A stretch of DNA of 32,000 nt, taken from Nostoc punctiforme PCC 73102. GTDB taxonomy: Bacteria > Cyanobacteriota > Cyanobacteriia > Cyanobacteriales > Nostocaceae. Each line of letters opens with the position of its first letter. Positions within the stretch are counted from its first letter, which is position 1. Below are positions 16,886 to 24,959 of the stretch, piece by piece. The notes beneath the pieces were generated by a model. That model was not told the origin of the DNA, searched no databases, and saw only the letters and a program-made list of their open reading frames with translations. The stretch spans positions 7,320,001-7,352,000 of the forward strand of contig NC_010628.1 in NCBI RefSeq assembly GCF_000020025.1, written 5' to 3'. The translations under genes and the position numbers were made by a program.

Positions 16886-18142
16886 ATGACTACCGATGTA
16901 CCTAAAAATCTTTCCCAAGACCCAAGTATTAATCCTGTCCATGACATTGTAGACGTACAAACCACAGATTGTTGCATTGTGGGTGGGGGGCCGGCAGGAG
17001 CAGTATTGGCGCTGTTGTTAGCGCGTCAAGGCATTTCGGTGATGCTGCTGGAAGCACATAAAGACTTCGATCGCGATTTTCGCGGTGATACGATTCATCC
17101 GTCGGTGATGGAAATTATGGAAGAATTGGGACTTAGCGATCGCTTGCTAGAACTCCCCCATGCCAAAATGCGCCAAATTAGGTTTAAAACTCCTGAAGAT
17201 ACTGTCACTTTGGCAGATTTTAGTCACCTAAAAACCCGCTACCCCTACATTACAATGCTTCCCCAGGTAAAATTCCTGGAGTTCATCACCCAAGAAGCAC
17301 AAAAATATCCAAGTTTCCATCTGGTAATGGGTGCAAATGTGCAAGAATTAATTGCCGAAAATGGCGAAATTCAAGGTGTCCGCTATCGGGGAGGCGGTGG
17401 TTGGCATGAAATCCGGGCAATACTTACAGTTGGTGCAGACGGCCGCCACTCACGTTTGCGACACCTGGGTGAGTTTGAGTCAATCGAAACCTCGCCACCA
17501 ATGGATGTCCTCTGGTTTCGCCTACCGCGCCAGCCAGAAGACCCAGAGGGAGGAATGGGGCGCTTTGGTCAAGGTAAAATCATCGCCATGCTTGACCGTG
17601 GTGATGAGTGGCAAGTTGCCTATGTCATTCCTAAAGGAGGCTATCAACAACTACGCGCTGCGGGTTTGGAGGAATTAAAAAAATCTGTTGTCGAAGTAGT
17701 GCCAGAATTCCAGCAACGCATCCAAAATTTACATGACTGGTCACAAATAGCTTTTCTCTCAGTCGAGTCCAGCCGCGTCAAACGCTGGTATCGTCCAGGA
17801 CTGCTACTTATCGGTGATGCAGCTCATATAATGTCCCCCGTCGGTGGAGTTGGTATTAATTACGCGATTCAAGATGCTGTCGTCGCCGCGAATGTACTTA
17901 GTAAACCGCTCAAAAACCGACAAGTACAACTTAGTGACCTAGCAAAAGTACAACGTCAACGCGAGTTGCCCACACGTATCATTCAGGCGTTTCAAACTTT
18001 TATCCAGAAACGGGTATTTGCCCCGGTTTTGATCTCAAATCGCACCTTTGTAGCACCTGGGTTTTTGCGCTTACCCATCTTGCGCGACCTTCCAGGCAGA
18101 TTGATTGCCTTGGGTGTTTTTCCAGTTCATGTCAAGACTTAA
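16886..18142 (+). CDS. FAD-dependent monooxygenase (UbiH/PHBH-like)
   Basis: GGGPAGAVLALLLARQG dinucleotide-binding motif, DGRHS, and GDAAHIMSPVGGVGIN. CAGGAGG lies 8 nt upstream of the ATG. Confidence 0.85.
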   Translation: MTTDVPKNLSQDPSINPVHDIVDVQTTDCCIVGGGPAGAVLALLLARQGISVMLLEAHKDFDRDFRGDTIHPSVMEIMEELGLSDRLLELPHAKMRQIRFKTPEDTVTLADFSHLKTRYPYITMLPQVKFLEFITQEAQKYPSFHLVMGANVQELIAENGEIQGVRYRGGGGWHEIRAILTVGADGRHSRLRHLGEFESIETSPPMDVLWFRLPRQPEDPEGGMGRFGQGKIIAMLDRGDEWQVAYVIPKGGYQQLRAAGLEELKKSVVEVVPEFQQRIQNLHDWSQIAFLSVESSRVKRWYRPGLLLIGDAAHIMSPVGGVGINYAIQDAVVAANVLSKPLKNRQVQLSDLAKVQRQRELPTRIIQAFQTFIQKRVFAPVLISNRTFVAPGFLRLPILRDLPGRLIALGVFPVHVKT

Positions 18143-18414
18143 TTTTTGCCAAGAATTTTTTCTATTTAACGAATGAATGGTACAATTATACTACTCAATG
18201 CAGAATTGAATGCTCAATTTAGTCAAGCGAGGGTGGCGGACGGCATACTTAATGCTGTTCAAAGCGATCGCTTGGCTTTTATGCTAGAAAGGACTAAAAA
18301 CTCAGGCATTATTAAAAAATGCAAACAATTAAACATATCTAGATATTAATTGGCGCTACATAGAAAAACCCTAACTTTTTCAATCAGTACATTTTGCAGT
18401 CAGGAGTAATTTTA

Positions 18415-19092
18415 ATGAACAGCTGCGTTTTGATGGCGGAAATTATTAACGAGCCACAACTCCGCTATACAGCCGATAATTTGGGAGTTACGGAAATGCT
18501 GGTGCAGTTTCCCAATTCCCTGAAACCAGAAGATCCGCCAGCCACACTGAAAGTTGTCGGCTGGGGGAATTTAGCGACAGAAATTCAGCAAAACTACCAC
18601 CAAGGCGATCGCGTCATTCTGGTAGGACGTTTAGGGATGAATACTGTTGCGATGGAAGGTTTTAAAGAAAAACGCGCTGAATTGACAGTGCAACAAATTC
18701 AACCTGTTGGAGGTAGTTTTAATACCGATCCATTGCCTTCAGCAACCGTAACTCCATCATTCACTGAAACTGCTCCACGACAAGCATCTTCAGCATCTCG
18801 TCCTCCCCAGAAAGAAGTTAACACTTACGAGTCACCACGTCCAGCGCCTACTCCGGCTGCAAATCCTGTTGGTGTTACTCCCCAAACGACAAGTTACGAA
18901 CCCGTACCCCAGTCCACAAATTATGAGCGGACTACTTATCCAGCAGTGAAAGCGGAAGAACCCGATCCAGATGATATTCCCTTCGTGCGCTCCGTTGATT
19001 CCAAAACTGCCAAAGCAGGCTTGTTAGATTTCTATGAAATCGAAAGCCAGTGCCCGCAGTTAGGAGTCAGCCATAATTTCAAGTTTATTTAG
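18415..19092 (+). CDS. ssb: Single-stranded DNA-binding protein with a Pro-rich linker and an internalised acidic DDIPF motif
   Basis: N-terminal OB fold (LRYTADN...VVGWGNLA...GDRVILVGRL), a P/T/S-rich linker, then EEPDPDDIPF followed by 35 further codons. AGGAG lies 8 nt before the ATG at 18415. Confidence 0.8.
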   Translation: MNSCVLMAEIINEPQLRYTADNLGVTEMLVQFPNSLKPEDPPATLKVVGWGNLATEIQQNYHQGDRVILVGRLGMNTVAMEGFKEKRAELTVQQIQPVGGSFNTDPLPSATVTPSFTETAPRQASSASRPPQKEVNTYESPRPAPTPAANPVGVTPQTTSYEPVPQSTNYERTTYPAVKAEEPDPDDIPFVRSVDSKTAKAGLLDFYEIESQCPQLGVSHNFKFI

Positions 19093-19106
19093 CTTGAAAT
19101 TATGGC
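19070..19106 (+). terminator. 14-bp perfect hairpin overlapping the ssb stop codon
   Basis: gccataatttcaag-tttatttag-cttgaaattatggc. The stop TAG lies in the loop. A T-rich stretch, ttgtttgct, follows. Confidence 0.6.
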
Positions 19107-19395
19107 TAACTTGTTTGCTGTGTGAATGCAATTCTCACCGCCTTGGTATCAGTTTGATACATTGCCCAGTTTAGAAAAATTGGCATCCCTAATCAGTGCA
19201 TGGGCTAAAAGCTGGTAACTTAAAACCGTATTAGGAACCCCAGCGAGTATAGATATGGTTATGAGAGAAACCTGTGTCTGAATTGTCGTTATGTCGAAGT
19301 AGCCAAAAGCGGTTGATAGGCTGCAACCAAAAGGTGAGGGTGAATGGATTGCAAGAGATATCCCAAAATTAACCCGACAAAAAGCAGGAACCTAA

Positions 19396-19715
19396 GTCAA
19401 TCGCAATAACAGCAAACAGGAACGATGTAACTCCGGTATATGTTCTCTAAAAAGTGGATTTTTAGAGAACAATATTGGATTAGAACTAAAAGATAGTAAA
19501 ACATCCCTAGTCCATACCTCAAATAAGCATGAAAACCAACCTGCCGGATTTGACTTCTTAGGATTCAATGTCAGGCAATACAAGGTAGGCGAACATAACT
19601 CAAAAAGGGCTTACAAAACCTTAATAAAGCCATTCAAACACACTTGAGGAAGTTAAAGTCGCAACTAAGAGGAATGAGGGGTGCTACTCAAGATATGACT
19701 TACCCAGCCCCATAA
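19396..19715 (+). pseudogene. Relic of a group II intron reverse transcriptase/maturase (C-terminal RT to X-domain portion)
   Basis: FLENNIGLELKDSKTSLVHTSNKHENQPAGFDFLGFNVRQYKVG...TLIKP, then a frameshift to HLRKLKSQLRGMRGATQD. The conserved GLEL..(S)KT...H......GFDFLGF.(I/V)RQ pattern is present. There is no start codon, it is truncated at both ends, and weaker traces run back to about 19290. Confidence 0.65.
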
Positions 19716-19731
19716 GACATTTAACACCAAA

Positions 19732-20592
19732 TTAAAAATACTTAGAGAAAAGCCAAATACTTATTCCAGTTCCCAGTACACAAATAATTCCTGCCAAACC
19801 CGCTAGGGGTTTTTTATTCTTACCTGTGAACCAGTCAGAGGCTTTACCTGTGTAAGTAATTAATTCTGCTGTATCTAGGGTTGCGATCGCCCATACCCAT
19901 CCCGCGTGTAGTCCCAAAGCTAAACCCAAATTGTTGCGATCGGCAAAACGTGCCAACACCAACACCATTCCCATCAGCCACAATCCTGGGAGTTGTGGTG
20001 CAGTTTCACGTTGCTCCCAAACCAAATGTAGTAAGGCAAAAATCAAGCTAGAAATTGCTGCTGCTACCCAAACTGGATAATCCTGTACTAATTCAGTGAA
20101 CAGAAACCCCCGAAAAACTAACTCTTCTATCCCACCGACCAACAATGCTATCAAGAAAATCGGTAGCAAGATGGGTAATAGTAACTTAAAATTCGTTTTT
20201 TCAAAATAACACCAACCTAATCCGAATTGCCCACTAAATACAATCGCTAGGCTTACCACTCCCAAAGCGAAACCTAATGCTAAAGAACCAAAATCTGAAA
20301 GATTCCCAACAAAGCCGTAATTCGAAAAAGATTTATTGGTAAGCCAACTAACTCCCCACAGAATCAGGGGAGCTAATAGGTAAAGTGACAGCAGTAATGG
20401 CATCTTTTGCTCTGGCTGCAAAGGTTTAGGGGGTTGCCAATTGAGTAATATTGCTGATACTGCTGCGACTGGCAACCAACAAACTATCCAGCAAGCAAAA
20501 AATGCCATCACTATAACTAGTGCTGGTGCATTTTGCATAAATGCTAGTAAGGCGTTGACCGAAGGCTCAAAAAAAGTTATCAAAAAAAACAC
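19732..20592 (-). CDS. CPBP family intramembrane glutamic endopeptidase (CAAX/Abi-type)
   Basis: Polytopic, with EELVFRGFLF and FALLHL motifs. Confidence 0.85.
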   Translation of the reverse strand: MFFLITFFEPSVNALLAFMQNAPALVIVMAFFACWIVCWLPVAAVSAILLNWQPPKPLQPEQKMPLLLSLYLLAPLILWGVSWLTNKSFSNYGFVGNLSDFGSLALGFALGVVSLAIVFSGQFGLGWCYFEKTNFKLLLPILLPIFLIALLVGGIEELVFRGFLFTELVQDYPVWVAAAISSLIFALLHLVWEQRETAPQLPGLWLMGMVLVLARFADRNNLGLALGLHAGWVWAIATLDTAELITYTGKASDWFTGKNKKPLAGLAGIICVLGTGISIWLFSKYF

Positions 20593-20776
20593 GATAGACT
20601 TCTTGCACTATAGATTTCTTGCTGATTTATCAAGAATCTACTAAATTTGGCAAATTCTGCAAGGGGTCTAATCGTATTTTTTATCTGGAACAAAATTTTT
20701 TCAATAGAGTTACCAGTTTGCTGTTGAGGTAAGGACAAGTTATCATACCTGATACTTATCCCTACCATCAGCAAAT

Positions 20777-21214
20777 TTACTCTTCGTCTTCCAAATCTTC
20801 GTCCGATTCGTCGGAGTCTATATCTGGTGAGGTTAGTTTTTTATCACTTTCACCAAGTTGAATCAAGTGAATATGCTTGTATCCCAACCTAATTTCAAAT
20901 TCATCTCCAGACTTTAAGCCCATTGCTTTGGTATATGTAGCACCAATCACAATCTGACCATTTTGATGGACACTAACCCGATATGTCGGTTCGCGACCAC
21001 GACCATCTTTAGGTGCTTCTGGACTTAGAGGAATTCCTCTAGCCGATAGCAAAGCGTCATAAAAATCGGTGAGATTGACACGAACCTGGTTATTCTTAGT
21101 AACAGTGTAATAGCCGCACTGTTTAGCTCTTTCTCGGCGTGGCAAAGTGGAAAGTTCTTTTACTTTCGCAAGTAGTGCTTTTCCGGTTAATGGCGCGGTT
21201 GCAGTTTCAGTCAT
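20777..21214 (-). CDS. Cyanobacterial AbrB-like (cyAbrB) transcriptional regulator with an acidic C-terminal tail
   Basis: The C-terminally placed SpoVT/AbrB-like segment is VHQNGQIVIGATYTKAMGLKSGDEFEIRLGYKHIHL. The ATG at 21214 (MTETA...) is preferred over the TTG at 21223. Confidence 0.75.
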   Translation of the reverse strand: MTETATAPLTGKALLAKVKELSTLPRRERAKQCGYYTVTKNNQVRVNLTDFYDALLSARGIPLSPEAPKDGRGREPTYRVSVHQNGQIVIGATYTKAMGLKSGDEFEIRLGYKHIHLIQLGESDKKLTSPDIDSDESDEDLEDEE

Positions 21215-21691
21215 TATGCTCAAATTTTCCTTACTCTCTCCAAGCTGATAAACGATGTAGTCTCATGCCAGCATTTGGCTTTTTAGCATGTGCATAGAGC
21301 TACTTAGGACTCTAGTGTTACGGGTGAATCACTGCCGATAGGAGACAAAAGCACTTCATATTATGGTTGTCTACAACCAATTAGAGGTCATAGTTGCCAT
21401 AGAAATTAATTTTGCTGATTTCACGGCACTTTTAACCATTATTCGCCATCAGAAATGAAATTATTTTCTCTTTTGGCGCTACTGTAGCGGTGTAACTTTC
21501 AGCCACCTTTACAAATGGGGTTGGCTCTACTCCAAATAAGTCGTAGACCCAATAAATCGCAGGTTTTTCACTTTCAGTGCTTGCCCTTCTCGCTAATGAG
21601 TAGGTAGAGTTTTCTCTACTTATCCTCTCAAGCTTAGGACAGCATAGTATTTCAATAGAGTCCTACGGGCTTATGCCCTATTGTCCTGCCA

Positions 21692-21719
21692 GTAGAGACA
21701 CGAATTTTCTTGTCTCTAC
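21692..21719. repeat. GTAGAGAC...GTCTCTAC hairpin copy
   Basis: gtagagaca-cgaattttct-tgtctctac. Confidence 0.5.
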
Positions 21720-22661
21720 ATTACGAATCAACAAAGCAGTAGTAGCCGCGCTGATACGGCTATTGATTCTGGTTTTGTGAGTTCGTAATTTTATATTAAA
21801 TACTAGCATGGACTAATAATAGCAAAATAGTTGTTTAATTTTGAATTAAAGTTGCTGGTAAATTTTTATTTAAATTTCTGGACTTAAAGGTTGGAAAAAG
21901 CCGTGACGATTTTCCTAACCCTTTATTGCATTATAAAAATTTATCTAATTTAGATGAGCAGTTTTGACCAATGAGTTAAATCCAAGATTTTCTTGATTGA
22001 GAGGATGCAAAAATCTCAAAGTCTCGCCTATCCGGGATTCTCCGATGCGTTAGACTTTTATTTGAAAGTGGTGAGGGTTTTTCCTGGGTTTATTACCGTA
22101 AGCTCAAAAGCGGTCAGAGAATTTTCTACGTCTGTCTATGGGAAGAATAAATCTCTTAACATCCGCCTAGCGCTTAATTGTCACTACTATATATTGAAGA
22201 TGTGCTTTTACACTTCTATATAATCAAAAAATCCTCTCAAGCGTTAGTAAAGGCGGAATTTTTCAGCTAGGATTGCTTGACTCAAGCTGATATGAAGACC
22301 TGTTACTAACGGTAACTGCATTTACCTTGGATGCGATCGCTAGACCAAAGATAAACCTGAGTCCCTTTCTAAGTAAAGCCCTTTCGTTTACATTCTCAAA
22401 CGACTAAATTCAATGTCAAGCGACCATTACATTTTTGGCGTTTTATCTCAGAATTTGACACAAATATTGCCTACAGCGCTGCTAAAAGTAAAATTTTAAT
22501 GGTTATCCTTAAACTAGAATCAGTTTCCCTTTAATCGTCAGCCTATTAACACCAGGTTTTGAATTGAGGGCAAAAAAGTATAGCTCACTTTTCGTAACTA
22601 CCTGCTTTAACTCATGATTGTTAAGGCTGGTGAAGCAATTTTAAAATTTTGGTTAGTAGTC

Positions 22662-23669
22662 ATGGAAGTTATTTTTAAGGTCATCCGACAGCAACAAAAT
22701 TCCTCCCCTATTGTGCAAACCTATCTTGTAGAGGCAGAACCAGGTAATACAATCCTGGATTGTCTCAATCATATTAAGTGGGAGCAAGATGGAACGTTGG
22801 CATTTCGCAAAAATTGCCGTAATACCATTTGTGGTAGCTGTGCTATGCGAATTAATGGGCGTTCGGCTTTAGCTTGCAAGGAAAATGTTGGCAGTGAACT
22901 TGCTAGATTACAACAAATACCATCATCCCAAAGTAAAGTAAATGTCATTCCTGAAATCACGATCGCACCTCTCGGTAATATGCCCGTGATTAAAGATTTG
23001 GTTGTAGATATGAGCAGTTTCTGGAATAATTTAGAGGCAGTTGCTCCTTATGTGAGTACGGCAGCACGACAAGTACCAGAAAGAGAGTTTTTACAAACAC
23101 CACAAGAGCGATCGCGCCTCGATCAAACTGGCAACTGTATTATGTGTGGTGCATGTTACTCTGAATGCAACGCCCGTGAAGTTGATCCAAACTTTGTTGG
23201 TCCCCATGCCCTTGCCAAAGCTTACCGAATGGTAGCTGATTCCCGCGATAGCGACACTGAAAATCGTTTAGCAAGCTACAACGAAGGTACTAAAGGCGTA
23301 TGGGGTTGCACTCGTTGTTTATATTGCGATTCAGTTTGTCCAATGGAAGTTGCACCATTAGAACAAATCACCAAAATTAAACAAGAAATTCTCACCCATA
23401 AAGAAGCCAGCGATAGTCGCTCAATTCGTCACCGGAAAGTATTGGTGGATTTAGTTAAAGAAGGTGGTTGGATTGATGAACGTCAATTTGGTTTACAAGT
23501 TGTTGGTAACTACTTTAAGGATTTAAGAGGATTACTCAGTCTTGCACCCCTCGGTTTGCGGATGCTCCTGCGAGGTAAGTTTCCCCTATCCTTTGAACCT
23601 TCAGAGGGGACAGAACAAGTGCGATCGCTCATTGAATCTGTGCAACAAGTTGAAGGGAATAGGCAATAG
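22662..23669 (+). CDS. sdhB: Succinate dehydrogenase/fumarate reductase iron-sulfur subunit
   Basis: The three Fe-S ligand clusters are CRNTICGSCAMRING...C, CIMCGACYSEC and CTRCLYCDSVCP. MEVIFKV is the preferred start. Confidence 0.85.
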   Translation: MEVIFKVIRQQQNSSPIVQTYLVEAEPGNTILDCLNHIKWEQDGTLAFRKNCRNTICGSCAMRINGRSALACKENVGSELARLQQIPSSQSKVNVIPEITIAPLGNMPVIKDLVVDMSSFWNNLEAVAPYVSTAARQVPEREFLQTPQERSRLDQTGNCIMCGACYSECNAREVDPNFVGPHALAKAYRMVADSRDSDTENRLASYNEGTKGVWGCTRCLYCDSVCPMEVAPLEQITKIKQEILTHKEASDSRSIRHRKVLVDLVKEGGWIDERQFGLQVVGNYFKDLRGLLSLAPLGLRMLLRGKFPLSFEPSEGTEQVRSLIESVQQVEGNRQ

Positions 23670-23735
23670 GGAATAGGCAATAGGGAATAGGGAATAGGGA
23701 ATTTTCTTTCACCACTCCCTACTCCCCACTCTCCA
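23655..23735. repeat. GGGAATA/GGCAATA heptamer array plus its partial complement
   Basis: gggaataggcaatagggaataggcaatagggaatagggaatagggaat. The array contains the sdhB stop codon (23667-23669). Confidence 0.65.
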
Positions 23736-23739
23736 TTCT

Positions 23740-24264
23740 TCAACGCGGTTCTTGAGGTATATTCAACGGTCGCCCATAACGGTCATATACTAAAACATCC
23801 CACTGCCCATTGTTACTAGACTCAAAAGCAATCCTGCTACCATCAGCGCTAATTGTAGGGTTGCGGACTTCAGCTTGTAGGTTACTAGTCAAATTTCGTG
23901 ATTGGCGTGTTTCCCGCTCGTAGAGAAAAATAGCCGATCGCCCCTGGCGGCTAGCCGCAAACACAATATAACGACCATCTTGTGAAACGCTAGGATGATT
24001 TGCGATCGCATCAAAGGAATTTAAACCCAGCAAATCAACCAAATCACGAGTCACTGTATCAAACATATAAACATCTTGGCTACCGCGTCGGTCAGTAATA
24101 AAAACAATGTATCTTCCAGAAATTTGGGGGTTTAATTCTGACGCTAAACTATTGAGACTCCGACCCCCCGGATCAAAGGGATAACTCAAAAGGCGAGGGT
24201 AGCCAAAACACCCAGTTAATAAACTTAAGCAGAAAAATACAGGTATAAAAAAAACACGTTTCAT
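23740..24264 (-). CDS. TolB-like (PD40 repeat) lipoprotein with three blades
   Basis: Lipobox LLTGC. Three repeats of the ...P.IS.DGRYIVF...R.G..D+Y..D type. Confidence 0.8.
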   Translation of the reverse strand: MKRVFFIPVFFCLSLLTGCFGYPRLLSYPFDPGGRSLNSLASELNPQISGRYIVFITDRRGSQDVYMFDTVTRDLVDLLGLNSFDAIANHPSVSQDGRYIVFAASRQGRSAIFLYERETRQSRNLTSNLQAEVRNPTISADGSRIAFESSNNGQWDVLVYDRYGRPLNIPQEPR

Positions 24265-24268
24265 ATAA

Positions 24269-24317
24269 TTAGTTATTAGTCATTAGTCAATAGTCTCACA
24301 ACTACTAACTTCTAACT
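24269..24317. repeat. STRR2-like TTAGTCA heptamer run
   Basis: ttagttattagtcattagtcaatagtc ... actaacttctaact. Confidence 0.55.
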
Positions 24318-24320
24318 GTT

Positions 24321-24345
24321 GTACAGACGCGATTAATCGCAGCTC
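24321..24345. repeat. Degenerate TTGTACAGACG hairpin-family copy
   Basis: gtacagacgcgattaatcgcagctc. The palindromic core is gcgattaatcgc. Confidence 0.4.
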
Positions 24346-24351
24346 CAACTC

Positions 24352-24912
24352 TTACGGAGGTGAACCTACGGTTGCACCATTAGGAATATCTAACTCAATA
24401 TTTGGCCCTCGGTCTAGGACTTCAATATCCCACTGACCACGGCTAGCGGTTTCAAAGACAACATAACGTCCATCTGGACTAATATTTGGTTTTCTGATCC
24501 AGCCGCGATAGGTTGGTGTAACGATTTGCGACTGTTGTGTAGCGCGATCGTAAAGTGCCACCACTGGTCTACCTTGGTCACTAGTAAGATAAGCAATATA
24601 ACGCCCGGTGTAGCTCAAGCTAGGACTTTCAGCAATTGTCTCTGCTCGGTTTATGCCCGGTGTGCCAATAAACTGTTGCCTCTCCAAATCGAAAACCAAT
24701 AGCTGTTGATTACCATTCCGATTAGATACAAACGCTAAAAAGCGCCCATTTCCACTCAAAGCAGGTTGCTCTTCGGTGTAGCGACTGTTGAGGGAAGTAG
24801 GCCCTATGGGAATATTGTTAGAACCACAAGATGCAAGCAAACTTGTTAAACCAAAAACCAGGCTCCAATGAATTGGTCTTTGGAGCCAAAATGTAGGCGT
24901 AAATTTTTCCAC
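24352..24912 (-). CDS. TolB-like (PD40 repeat) lipoprotein with three blades, paralogue of 23740-24264
   Basis: Lipobox LLASCGS. The three PD40-like repeats are SGNGRFLAFVSNRNG, SYTGRYIAYLTSDQG and SPDGRYVVFETASRG. Confidence 0.8.
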   Translation of the reverse strand: MEKFTPTFWLQRPIHWSLVFGLTSLLASCGSNNIPIGPTSLNSRYTEEQPALSGNGRFLAFVSNRNGNQQLLVFDLERQQFIGTPGINRAETIAESPSLSYTGRYIAYLTSDQGRPVVALYDRATQQSQIVTPTYRGWIRKPNISPDGRYVVFETASRGQWDIEVLDRGPNIELDIPNGATVGSPP

Positions 24913-24959
24913 CTCAACTGTTTTCCGTTGCCTTTAAACCTATTTCCACGCCAACTGTT

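Noticed and set aside
18173-18349. 58-codon plus-strand ORF (MNGTIILLNAELNAQFSQARVADGILNAVQSDRLAFMLERTKNSGIIKKCKQLNISRY) between the monooxygenase and ssb.
   Set aside because: It has no SD and no recognisable homology, and it lies in a probable ssb promoter region. The evidence is too weak to call.
19392-19583. 63-aa minus-strand ORF from the track.
   Set aside because: It is antisense to the recognisable group II intron RT fossil on the plus strand and shows no protein-like features of its own.
21435-21662. 76-codon open frame on the minus strand upstream of cyAbrB.
   Set aside because: It has no ATG/GTG/TTG start until its last third, and I recognise no family. It is kept only as a note within the long-spacer finding.
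21993-22223. 76-aa plus-strand ORF in the long spacer.
   Set aside because: It has a TTG start, no SD, an AT-rich Ile/Lys/Phe/Tyr-biased composition and no recognisable motif.
22312-22325. NtcA-type site GTA-N8-TAC (gtaactgcatttac) about 340 nt upstream of sdhB.
   Set aside because: The pattern is expected about 8 times by chance in 32 kb. No properly spaced -10 (TAN3T) follows about 22 nt downstream.
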